Below, piece after piece: positions 45,390 to 57,779 of a DNA stretch of 64,000 nucleotides (position 1 is its first letter; each line of letters begins with the position of its first letter). This DNA comes from Chlorokybus atmophyticus (Eukaryota > Plantae > Mesostigma and Chlorokybus algae). Both the position numbers and the translations under genes were made by a program. The stretch spans positions 181,942 through 245,941 of the forward strand of contig RHPI01003516.1 of NCBI GenBank assembly GCA_009103225.1. Reading direction: 5' to 3'. Below the pieces are notes generated by a model. It was not told where the DNA came from, searched no databases, and saw only the letters and a program-made list of their open reading frames with translations.

Positions 45390-48250
45390 ACTGGCACAGT
45401 GCAGCTACAACCCCGCTCCTACAACTTGCACACGTGACGCAATTTATGTGCACCCTGCCACCCAAGCCATGTACGCGAAAGTTTACAGATTATGTAGATA
45501 ACACGCACACATACACGCACAGTGTGTACTGGATGCGCTGAGTAGAAGAGACTCCCATAGAGTACAAACGGCGCGAGTTTCTGGAGGTAGTGGGTACAGG
45601 GAGCAAGGTATCCAAGCCAGGTCAACCAGTGACGATTAGATTTATCGCAAGCAATGGGACCCTAGAGGAAGTTTGGGGTTGCATTTGTTTCATTGAGAGT
45701 CGCCTTGAATTTACTGTCTGCCATGACGTGCGCAGGCAGGCAGGTGCGCTTGTGTGTGTGTGAGACCGCGCATGAGTGTGCGTGTACAAGGGCTGTGGTT
45801 TACAAGAGTGTGTGCGTAGATGTCTACAAGAGAGGCAGCGACAGACCAGGGTGCGCATGCACGAGAAAGCAAGAAAGAGTGGGAAGGGGGAAAAGAAAAA
45901 GCGAAAAGCGAAAGCGGGAAGAGAGTGAGAGAGAGATGGGAGGACGGCAGGTTGACGTCTGCTACTCATGAAGAAACAGCAGTAGTTGTTGCTACACACA
46001 ATACAGCCATAAACCTACCTTCTCCTCCTCCTCCTCCTGCCGCCGCCGCCGCCGCCGCCGCCGCCAACCTCCCTGCCGGCCGGTGATGATAAGTCAACAG
46101 GGACTATATTGCAAAAGGCCAAAACGGCAGTGTTCGAGGTCAATACAGAGTAACCAACCAACCAGCTAACACAAGCGATTATCTACTGTATGACTATATC
46201 GTCATGAAGGTCTCTGATAAGGATGCTGCGGCGCTCACCATTATCAGCTTGCCATTGTGGGCGGGGGCGGCGGCAGCCTTGTCGTCTTTGCCGTGGATGA
46301 CGTAGGCGTCATTCTCGCCGCCTGGCGGCTGGCTGCCTCCACACCGGGCTACCGCTGCAGCACAGGCTGGGCCCCCACACTTCACCGCCTTCTCCTGATA
46401 ATGGTTTGCTCTTGTTCCCACACTTGCACGCAATCAGCTGTCCTGCACTCTTAGGACTTATCCTTAGACCATTGCCTGTTTAAAAAATGGCATTGCGAGC
46501 GGACATGCATGTCGAGTTGCAAGAGATTGTTGGCGATTTTGCTTGCGGGGTGTGCATTACAGAGAATGCGTGACTGCGTGCAAGTGTGTGTGTGAATGTT
46601 AGCCAGTAAAGCGAGGATGCACACACGTCTGTGAGTGTGTGGTTGGAGAAGTTGTGCATATAGCTGTCTGTGCGGATGTTGACTGGTAGCGTGTAGCGCT
46701 GAGAGTTTCAAGTTAGTGGTTGTCTATATATATTGAGGGGTGCAGCGTTGTTCAACACATGCATCTACTTGTATGTCGAGGGGGTGACCTGCTGTTGTCC
46801 TGTTGCCAACTGCCATGTACCAAGCTCTACCACGATCACTGGTGTGCAGCTGATGTTATTCAATGCTGCATGTACGATTTCGCAGCATTGTACAATAACT
46901 TTACTCGCTACCATGGATGCAGCATGCCAGTAAGCCTCCCAACCATTGCAGTAATGACAGAGCAGCTCTGGGCAGAGTGGCAACTGTATATACAATCTGC
47001 AGCAACCAGCATGGCGGACTCCATCAGCATTCCTGCTGCTGTATCAGGTGCGCTCAGATTTGTTCTTTCGCTGATCACTATATGGTTTGGCCGCCCTGAT
47101 GGCGAGCTGCAGTTAGTGTGGCAGTTGTACGCGCAGTACACACGCGAAATGCCTCCGACCATGTCAACCATTGCTCAGTAAACCTGCAAATACCCTGATG
47201 CTCATTGTGTTTGGATTAAGGTTGGCAGAATGAGTTCCGGAACAACAATCTGCAAATGACGAGTTCCAGCAAGTTGAAGATGCCCGACGCTTGCTGGCAG
47301 GGTTAGGACTGCGTGGCAGATGTTCATGACAGCGGATCATTTCCTATTGGCTTCCTGTCTTCAAGGAAAAGCACATGGCTAGAGCGTGGCAACAACTATT
47401 GCGTATGCGTTGAACCCTTTGACGTTGCCAACTAGTACTCATGCTTCCACGCGGAAGCGGATTTCAAACAGTACCTCCGCAACAACGCAGCAGACGAGTG
47501 TCCATGTTCAAGAAGGTAATACCTCCTGCAAGAGATGTATTGCCAAGTGAGCAATTGTAAAGGTGACAAACAGGTGCAGAGCTCGCTTGATAAAGCTTGG
47601 AACAAGCTTTATGGTACCCAGCCTGCAGGAGAGCGAGTGGCTAGTGCGCATAGCCTCAGCAGCAACTATATCCAGCCATTAAGCTTCGCATGTTGGATAA
47701 CTTTACCCAAGGATAGCTGAGCGGCAACAAGTTGCCTGTGATGCGGTTGCACGCACATGATCAGACATGGGTGCCAACAGAATTGGCAGTATGCCAGCGT
47801 AGATTATAACCTTCTTAGACAATAAGCCAAACAGTACTTGTTGAATTGTATATGCCTTCAATAATTCATTGAAGAGGGGATGGGACATCCCTCCCGGTCC
47901 ACCCGTTGCAGGGTGTCAAGTAATCAAAGTGTTGCAAGTCGTTGTACGTCAAGGGGCCCAACGTCTTCGGTAAGCGCCCTACATGTCTAGTCAGATCTCT
48001 GTCACGAAGGCAGGTTTCAGGGAAAGAGGCCTCTTTGCAGGCGGCATTGCACAAGCTGCCAATGTGCGGTGTGCACTACGCACGGACCGATGCCTTTGCA
48101 GCAGTTGTAGTACACGTGAAACCCGAATCCCTTGGTTGCGAATACTGCAGCATGTGAGCTCGCAGTACTGCACGACCCAGCACTTGTGGCTGCCAGTTAC
48201 CGCCATGCAAAGGTGCATTTGCGCAATGTGGTGCGGGGGTTTGTTGTTCT
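45390..48250 (+). repeat. Repeated block P+Q copy 3, downstream (tail-to-tail) of the TIR-NB-ARC-TPR gene
   Basis: Aligns to 23580-25470 and 20710-22230. Confidence 0.85.
47011..47743 (+). pseudogene. Decayed TM-X paralogue
   Basis: MADSISIPAAVSGALRFVLSLITIW...MSTIAQ then stop; downstream nucleotides closely follow 21053-21781. Confidence 0.88.
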
Positions 48251-48708
48251 GCCTGCTTACAGGTGAGTTGGGTGAGTGGAATTTTATTCCAGCAGGCCAG
48301 GGCCGTGCAGGGAGATCCTAGTTGGGTGGTAGTTCGTGGCTATGTAATGCTACTCAGAGTGTCTAAGCAAACCGAGTTGTTTAACAACCTTGTGGTAGCA
48401 CTTGATCTGATGAGGCTCATGAAACATCCAACCCGGGAATGTCGGAATCCTTGTGCCGTTTTTATACAACGTTGTCAATCACAATCAATAACGTAGTAAT
48501 AGTAGTAGTTGCCGCCATCTTGACAAAACGCTCTCCATATCCAGTTCGCATCAATTGTTCAATGACAGACCAGAGGGCAGGAGCACATGTTTTGCCATAC
48601 TTGCAGGCAGTATGAAATAGCACAGCTTTCAGCGCTTGTGACTACTTACGCCTATCACTCTTGTGTATGTTGAAGGATCGGTCTTCGGCGGCGGCAATGG
48701 CATTGCCT

Positions 48709-51700
48709 TCAGCGTCGTTGCCGCAGCACCACTGCCAGGCTGTTAGAAGCTGTCACGGTATTGGGGTGGTCCGGCCCCATCGTTGCTTTAGAAACTGCCA
48801 ACGCCCGTCTCAACAGGGCCTCGGCCTCACCGTACTTGCACTTCTTTGCCATCACCGTTGCCAGGTTGTTGAGGGATTGCCCGGTGTCGGGGTGGTCCGG
48901 CCCCAACCTTGCTTCGCGGGTTGCCAGCGCCTGTCTGTGTAGGGCCTCGGCCTCGTCAAGCTTGCCTTGATCTTGCAGCACCACTGCCAGGCTGTTAGAA
49001 GCTGTCACGGTGTTGGGGTGGTCCGGCCCCATCGTTGCTTTAAAAATTGCCAACGCCCGTCTCAACAGGGCCTCGGCCTCACCGTACTTGCACTTCTTTT
49101 CCATCACCGTTGCCAGGTTGTTGAGGGATTGCCCGGTGTCGGGGTGGTCCGGCCCCAACCTTGCTTCGCGGGTTGCCAGCGCCTGTCTGTGTAGGGCCTC
49201 GGCCTCGTCAAGCTTGCCTTGATCTTGCAGCACCACTGCCAGGCTGTTAGAAGCTGTCACGGTGTTGGGGTGGTCCGGCCCCATCGTTGCTTTAAAAATT
49301 GCCAACGCCCTTCTCAACAGGGCCTCGGCCTCACCGTACTTGCACTTCTTTTCCATCACCGTTGCCAGGTTGTTGAGGGATTGCCCGGTGTCGGGGTGGT
49401 CCGGCCCCAACCTTGCTTCGCGGGTTGCCAGCGCCTGTCTGTGTAGGGCCTCGGCCTCGTCAAGCTTGCCTTGATCTTGCAGCACCAGTGCCAAGTTATT
49501 GAGGAGTACTGCAGCGTTGAAGCGGTTTGGCCCTAGCTTGGCTTCAGAACTCGCCAGTGCGCGTCTGTGCAAGGCCTCAGCCTCGCCAAACTTGCCCTGC
49601 TCCTGCATCACAAGTGCCAGGTTACTGAGGCTGCCTGCGGTGGCTGGGTGGTCCGGCCCAAACCTTGCTTCAAAGATTGCCAGCGCCCGTCTGAACAGGG
49701 CCTCGGCCTCGCCGTACTTGCCCTGACTTCTGAGCACCAATGCCAAGTTGTTGAAACTCGTCGCAGTATAGGGGTGGTCCGGCCCCAGCTTCGCCTTGCG
49801 GATTGCCAGCGCCCTGTTGTGAAGGGCCTCAGCCTTGCAGTACTCGCCCTGCTCCCTCAACACCTCTCCCAGGCTGTTGAGGGAGTCCGCAGTGACGGGG
49901 TGGTCCGGTCCCAGCTTTGTTTCCCGGATCCTCAACGCCTGTCTGCTCAGTGCCTCAGCCTGGCCATACTCACCCTGTTCATGCAGCATCGCGGCCAGAT
50001 TGCTCGAGATCAACGCAATTTGGAGGTGGTCCCGCCCCAGCCTCGCTTCACTACTAGCCAGCCCCCGTTTGTACAGAGCCTTGGCTTCGTGGTAATTACC
50101 CTGCTGTTCCAACAGTAATGCCTGGTTATTGATAAGCAACACAGTGTCGGGGTGATCCGGTCCCAGCATCGCTTCGTGGATTGCCAGGGCCCATCTGTTC
50201 AATGCCACAGCCTCGACAAACTTGTCTACCCTGTACAGCACGTTTGCCAGATTGCTGGCAATCATCACAGTTTGGTAATGATCCTGCCCCAGCCTCGCTA
50301 CGCTACTCGCCAGCGCCCATTTGTACAGAGCCTCGGCCTCAACGTACTTGCCCTCACAATCAAAGCACTTGAAGCGCAAATGCCAAAGGCGGAACCAACG
50401 AGATGTGTCTTCAGGTCCAACCCGCTGCAACACGCGTTCGCATCTGTCCAACATACTTGAAGCCTTTACTGTCTGATAGAGATTAACATAAAAATCGGCC
50501 AGTGCCAGTGCACCGTCATTGACGTGCAGCAAGTCATTATTGTCCAGTGGAAGCCTGACACCGCTGGGGTCATCGACCTCCGGAAGAGCCATGGACACTC
50601 CATACGCAATGTGTTCTGTGTCTTGTCCCAACTCGCCAACCTGGTTGATGGCCAGCATGACAGCCCTGACGACCTGATCTTGCTCTTTCTTCCCTTCCCA
50701 TCTGCCAAAACTCTGTACCAGAGGGTGGAAAGCTGTACCTCCGTCCCGTGTCCGCTCAGCTAGTGCGTACTCCACAAGCAGTCCCGATGCAGTCTCGATA
50801 TCGTCATTGCTATCATCCATTCCCGACAAGATCATCGCGGCACGTTTCAGCAGTTCTAAACGAATAGGAGCTGTAGCGAACCGTCCACCCAACCGTAATA
50901 GCATTCTGGCCAGATCCGCCACCTCCGCCACGTCCGCCTCGCAATTGTTTGTAAGCATTGTAGTCAGACTTGTATGGAACAGAGTTGTCAAGCACGAACT
51001 CTTTTGGAAATATGGGTCATCCGGCACTCCGTCAAAGACTTGTACTGCCTCTTTTGTTCTCAGCTTTGTCAGAAGCCACTCTGGACCGTGCCCACCCTTG
51101 TACATCAATCTACTGGAAATTGCTAGGGATAAAGCGTGGCGCCCTAGAGCCTCAGCCAGCTCTTTGACCTTTTCATCAGGCGTCTCCAGCGCCATCCTCG
51201 ATTTTAGTAACTCACACGCAGACTCCTCTTCAAGATTCTTTAGCTCCAGGACATGTTGGTTGCCACCCATGCGCTGACGAGCAGTCAGTATGACATGGCA
51301 AGGTCCTTCCCTCGGTAGGTATCTCACATACTGCTCCTCATCGTCCAAGTTATCCAACACTAGAAGACAAGGGGTCTCCGACTGTTCCAGTGCTATCCGG
51401 ATCTCCAAAACAATGTCTCGGTCTTTGTCCTGATTGGGTCGCAGAATGCTTGGGAGCCACGACCTGTAACATACAACAATGAATGAATTGTTGCTCAGCT
51501 CTTGACTGAGGTTTGTTCTTGCACACCTGCAACTTGCGATGGGCAGGGAGAAGTAGAGCTGCGCAAGAGAGCCAGCAGCGGCTCTTACCTTGTTTCATTG
51601 ACGCCCAAGTCAATGCCCAGTGGTTTTGCCAACTCTAGGAAACTGTTGTGCAATGCCTCCTTGCTGGCGTCGATCCAGAGCAGCTTGTCGTATTGGTGTT

Positions 51701-52487
51701 GGCGGCTATGCACATACTTCAACGCCAGCTGCGTCTTGCCAGCACCGCCCATGCCTTGGATGCAGATGCGGCCACATTTACTCAACTTGTGACCCAGATC
51801 TGCTAGATCTTTACCCCTTCCCACAAAATGCATGTTGTCACTGTACGGCGTCATGTTGACTCTCTTCCCTAAAAGACACGGTCGATTGAGCCGCTTGCAA
51901 ATGTCGCGGACGATTGCATCGACATAGGTGTCCTGGTAATCGTCATATTTCTCTATGTTGTTCATGCATACATCTGCAAGGTCTTGAATTGTTTGTGTCC
52001 AGTCCGCTTCAGTCATACTGCAGCTTGTCCACAGCTGGCCCCCGTAAACCTTCCAAATTTCACCTAACGTGATAGATGCATCAAGGGTCAGCCTGAGGAA
52101 GGGGCAAGAATCCCATATGAGATATCAACAATGTCGCAATGTACCTTCTTTGTTCCTGATCTTCTCTGCGTTTATGTCATCCGGGGTGACATCGTAACAG
52201 ACTGGTATGCAGTTTCCTCGATCCAGGAAGTGGCGGAGCTCTTGCATGCACCATTTGCTAACAAAGAAGCTCCGAGACAGCACCACAAGACCGCATGTTG
52301 CCGTTTGCATGGCTGAATCCATTGTTTCAGACGCACGATCACCCGTACCGAGTGACCTATCATCGAAGAACACCTGTAGCTTCTTCCTTTCAAGCTCGCG
52401 CTTCAGCCAGACACTGAAATGTTTCTTTGTATCCGGACCCCGATGACAGAGAAAGACGTCGTACTTTTCCCTTTGATGCGCAGCCAT
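48709..52487 (-). CDS. TIR-NB-ARC-TPR receptor, 3 exons, apparently intact
   Basis: TIR YDVFLCHRGPDTK...WCMQEL; FVGR..GMGGAGKTQLA (Walker A); CLLVLDNLDD (Walker B); many 42-aa kinesin-light-chain-type TPRs (LGPDHPDT..SLNNLA); introns ~52144-52067 and ~51589-51466 join in phase. Confidence 0.95.
48723..49484 (-). repeat. Three near-identical 252-bp units, each coding two TPRs
   Basis: GCAGCACCA anchor recurs at 48723, 48975, 49227 and 49479 (exact 252-bp spacing). Confidence 0.96.
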
Positions 52488-53184
52488 GACTCCACGGTGC
52501 GCTGCAATACACCACCAGCGGCAGCCGCAGCAGCACAGCACCAGGTTCAAGGGTGGTACAGTGAGGGTGTCCAACTACAGCCTGCAGTGAGTGGTTTGCA
52601 CTGAGAAGCTGCTCAGCAAGGCTTCAATCAGCAATGGCTAAAAGCATACCTGCAGCTGAGGAACTAGACTCCACCGCCGCTGCCAGCTGCCTTGCAACGC
52701 AGCTGGCGTCAATCAAGAACAGAAATGTCGACAGCTTCTTGCTGCACCGTAACTCTCAGGCCTCCCATATCCACTCCGCTGCCGCTGCTGCTCCAACTTC
52801 CCCGTGTTGACAAGAGCCGCGCGCTAAGAGTGAGAGCGCTCAGAGTCAAGCATACTCAGAGATCGTTGTAGAGCATGCACAGTGCATGTGCGTCGTTAGT
52901 GCAACAAATCAAAATGCGCATGGAGAAGGAGCATCGTGTGCAATGTGCAAGCTAATATAAGCGACAATGTATTGCAAAGCTTGTTCACGACAGTTCAGTA
53001 CACCACACAACCACATGTACAGTGCAGATGCGAAAGCCACTGCCTGCACCCGTGCTGACATATAGCCGCGCAAAGCATACAACTTGTTGTGGCAAAGCAA
53101 CTGGCTGTATGCAATGTGTCGCAAAAACGCCACACAGTGTTCAGAACTGCACATACAATGCACGTAGATTGCACAGGTTGATGA

Positions 53185-54650
53185 CCTTAACGTCTGCCTC
53201 ATACCTGCTAGACCGTGCCAAATGGGAGCCAGCTCGGAGAGCGACGCCGCCCATAGTCAGCAAGCCACTACCACCTGTTTCAACAATGTCCAGCACAGCT
53301 AGCGGCACCTTCACAACACCACCCGCTCGACGTCCTGCCACTGCTTCAGCCGCCGCCTGCGCCAACAGGAGGTTATTCGGCCAGGTTTCTGATACTCTTC
53401 AAGCTGGTCAGTCTTAGGCTTTGCACCTGATGTCAATAACTGTGTTCAGCTCTCAAAACGACAGGCCACTAGTGGGCGGCTGCACTAAGGCTGCTGCCAA
53501 GCCTAACACTCAGCTGCACGGTTGACATCCTAGAGCTTGCTCTCTTCGCTTGCACATGCGATCTTGACAACATGATACATGTCCTGCCATGGCATCACTA
53601 CCAAATAACGCCAGCTTGCACCAAGCCATGCATGTCAAGCATGGTTTCCCTGAGTGTGTGGCTAGCAAGTTGGCGTGCTGTTCTGGCATGATGTGCTCGT
53701 CGCAACTAGCGGCCGCACACGACCACGAACGGCAACGCACCTTCGCGCCCGGTGCGGTGAAGTCAGCTGGCTTCACCTGCGCTTTGCTTCCTTTCGGCTA
53801 ACATGTCCTTGTCCACCTCCAGCTTGTTGTGGGCGTTGTAATCGCCCCTCACGCCCTCCGCCGCTGCTCACGCGCTTGCTTGCTTGTCCATGCCGGCTGC
53901 GTCCTCGTAAGGCTGACGCGGAGCCAGGTACCGTGACAAAATGCCGCAGAGTGCAAGTCTAGATCAAAGAACAAGTCGAACCGAATTGACCCTGTCGCAG
54001 CATCGATGTCAAGACTCGTCACGTGCTTCACGCATCTATCAGGAGACGCTTGCTGCCTGGGCAGCCTAGCAGTGCCATGCCTATACACAGGTGTCATTGA
54101 ACCCGCGTTGTATACCTCGTGTGGTAGGGCTCCCGAACCCTTGTCATGCTACCTACTAATGATAGCCCTCCATGTCATCTCTGCACATGCATCAAGCAAA
54201 CCAGGCCTTAGTGCGGGGAGGAAGTCGCGGGCTCCAGCCTGGGCCGGCGTTCTGGCGCATTTCTAAGGTTAATTAATTGTGATCCAGGTTTTGAACGACA
54301 GCACATGACATGATAAGACATGGTCATTTCATGTGCTCAAGCTTGTTCACTTGATTTGCCGGCGGCACGTCCTGGAGCGGTGCGGTGAGGCGGTGGCGGG
54401 CGGGCTGCAGTGTGTGTCCGCCGCCGGGCTGGGGGAAGGACTCTCCTGGAGGGGGGATGAGAGCAGCGCAGCAGGCGCCCAGCTTTGTCCGTCGTTAGCG
54501 CCATGCTGGGCGGCGCTGCCTAGCACAACGGCGGCAACCCCGCAGAGGGATAACTCCGACCGTCTGACGTAGATGGCCACAGCTGCAAGCACCGCTTCTG
54601 CAGCCTTGCGCAGGTGTCTCTGCAATGCCTCGGTACTGCTAGCGTCTGCA
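53185..54650 (+). repeat. Upstream block of the TIR-NB-ARC-TPR gene, homologous to 31630-31905 (inverted) and 29960-30960 (direct)
   Basis: See the paired features. Confidence 0.85.
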
Positions 54651-54698
54651 TGCCTTCGCCATTCGTTTGCTCCCACGGGCTACCCCCCCCCCGCCCCC

Positions 54699-55557
54699 NN
54701 NNNNNNNNNNNNNNNNNNNNNNNNNNNNNNNNNNNNNNNNNNNNNNNNNNNNNNNNNNNNNNNNNNNNNNNNNNNNNNNNNNNNNNNNNNNNNNNNNNNN
54801 NNNNNNNNNNNNNNNNNNNNNNNNNNNNNNNNNNNNNNNNNNNNNNNNNNNNNNNNNNNNNNNNNNNNNNNNNNNNNNNNNNNNNNNNNNNNNNNNNNNN
54901 NNNNNNNNNNNNNNNNNNNNNNNNNNNNNNNNNNNNNNNNNNNNNNNNNNNNNNNNNNNNNNNNNNNNNNNNNNNNNNNNNNNNNNNNNNNNNNNNNNNN
55001 NNNNNNNNNNNNNNNNNNNNNNNNNNNNNNNNNNNNNNNNNNNNNNNNNNNNNNNNNNNNNNNNNNNNNNNNNNNNNNNNNNNNNNNNNNNNNNNNNNNN
55101 NNNNNNNNNNNNNNNNNNNNNNNNNNNNNNNNNNNNNNNNNNNNNNNNNNNNNNNNNNNNNNNNNNNNNNNNNNNNNNNNNNNNNNNNNNNNNNNNNNNN
55201 NNNNNNNNNNNNNNNNNNNNNNNNNNNNNNNNNNNNNNNNNNNNNNNNNNNNNNNNNNNNNNNNNNNNNNNNNNNNNNNNNNNNNNNNNNNNNNNNNNNN
55301 NNNNNNNNNNNNNNNNNNNNNNNNNNNNNNNNNNNNNNNNNNNNNNNNNNNNNNNNNNNNNNNNNNNNNNNNNNNNNNNNNNNNNNNNNNNNNNNNNNNN
55401 NNNNNNNNNNNNNNNNNNNNNNNNNNNNNNNNNNNNNNNNNNNNNNNNNNNNNNNNNNNNNNNNNNNNNNNNNNNNNNNNNNNNNNNNNNNNNNNNNNNN
55501 NNNNNNNNNNNNNNNNNNNNNNNNNNNNNNNNNNNNNNNNNNNNNNNNNNNNNNNNN
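54699..55557. other. Assembly gap (N-run)
   Basis: N-run in the sequence. Confidence 1.
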
Positions 55558-55642
<85 letters not shown>

Positions 55643-56776
55643 GGCAGCTGATCAGCTGGCTGCAGTTACTAAGGTTTCCTTGTATTTATACTCAATCACA
55701 CTTCAAAGTGCATCATGATGATCGCATGTAGTCGCTCACAGTCTCCTTCAGCAACTCATGATAATCCTTGTGATTGCATGTGCAGATGTTGTTCGGTTGT
55801 GTGGCAACCCCGCTGGTATGTACCATGCCGAGAATGTAACCTCACTTGAGTAAGTAAGCGATGACGGTGATATCTCAATAATGCATTTGTTAACTTACTC
55901 AATGACTGAGTTGGTCATTCAATTGGTCATTCAGTTCACTACTTTTCCAACCTTGTGCGTTGAATAACACAGTCAATTCACTTAGTCATGTATTCACACA
56001 TGTCTCAGTTATCGATCCACTCATGCACTTACTGACATTCTCACTTATTCACTCACGCACTCTCTCACGTACTCATTCATCCACAACCCAACCTATCTAT
56101 CTCAGGCTCGCTATCGACGATTCCGCCCGTCTGCTCGAAGAAGATGGGTAAGAGCGGTGGTAGCAGTAGCAGTTGCGGGTACAGTAGTAGAGGACCGTTG
56201 GCACCTTTCAGGCCTCCGGATAAACGGATATGCGGTAATGTACTATGTGCTTGAGCGTGCATGTGTACGTGTGCGCGTGTTGGTGTTTCATGTGCACTTG
56301 AGTGCGGGCGCACGTGCGCGGGAATAAGGTATGGAACAGGTTGCATGCTCTGACTACTCCATTGACAGTTAGGCACAGTAGCAAGTCAGAACATGGGCAA
56401 AACTTCTGCCGGGGCATAGCTCAGCACAATAACATACAGCTCCTCCTCACCACCTCACTCAACAGTCCATTTGCAAACCTTACACTCCACACAGATAGTA
56501 ATTCGAGTCAATTGCGTCAAGTGTTCAACTCCCACTGCACATCTAGTGGCTGGACAAAGAATGTTGCTAACGCTAGCTACAACACAGCATACAACACTCA
56601 TACGTAGAATGGCGCCTGCCAGATTTCACGCAAGCTGTCACTACACCACATCTTAGTCAATGTCCTTTGGCCGTGATGTGTATGAACCGTATCCCGCCCT
56701 CGTCACTCTCGCCCGGCACGAGCAGCCCGTTGTGTGGGGACTCCAACAGCGTGTCCACATCAAATACAGAACCAAC

Positions 56777-56813
<37 letters not shown>

Positions 56814-57779
56814 TGTGACTCATGGTCCTCTTCATTACTGTCATGTATTGTATTGGCGTGTGATTTGTGATGGTGGTGATAGCCAGGTCTGAGGCTGCTA
56901 AGTTGGCGAGGAACGGTTAACAGGTCGTTGAAGCGGATGGCGGAGGAAGGACACCTGGCATCAGCGGACAAGGATAGTCTCCTCTTTATGAGATGGCCTG
57001 CACATGGTGAGTATCAGCATTAAGATATAAATGAGTGTCAGTAACATGACGTCAGGTTGACAAGCATAGAGGCAAATGTGTGTGTTCGTTTCGAACACAC
57101 GCGCATGTGCGCGTGCACATACACTCTCACTTACACACAGTCCAACATGTCATGAGTTGCGCTTTACCGGTAGTGATGCCGTATGGCTGTCGTCATGAAG
57201 CAAACTGCTGCCAATGATGACCTCAAACGTTTTGTCATTGGCCAGCGCATCACAATTACTATCTCCGTGGCCATCACTTGTTGATGTTGATATTGCTTCT
57301 TGCATCAAACCCTGCATAATGTGCATGAAACCTCAGCAGCTTGAAGTGTCATTAGCGCAGCAGAAGGAAAAAGCACCTGTGACGTTGGCATGTGTGTGCA
57401 TAAGTGTGCGTGCATGCCTGTGCATGCGTGCACGTGTGTGCAAACGTGCGTGCGCATGCGCGTGCGCGCGTGTGTGCGCATGTATGGTAGTAACAAGAGG
57501 CTCATGTGCAGCGTTATCAGCGTGCGCGCACCAGCTGCAAACGGACAACAGAAAGAACGAGGACGAAGATGACTCACCTCATGAAGCAAAACTTGCTCTC
57601 TGTTCCAGCTCAAAGTGCACACGCACAAAGCTGGCCTGATTGCATCACTCGGCTGCACACCCTTTTCCTCTAATGGAACCTCTGAACAGGTCACTCTTCA
57701 ACTTGGACAACGGAAAGGTACTCATAAATTGTTTGCACGCAACCAGCTGTTCTGCACTCCTAAGATTTCTCCCTAACAC

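Noticed and set aside
48661-50460. Several + strand ORFs with repeated text
   Set aside because: Antisense shadows of the TPR repeats.
56657-56971. Ser/His-rich 104-aa ORF over a (GCT)n tract
   Set aside because: Low-complexity and microsatellite-driven; no domain or splice context established.
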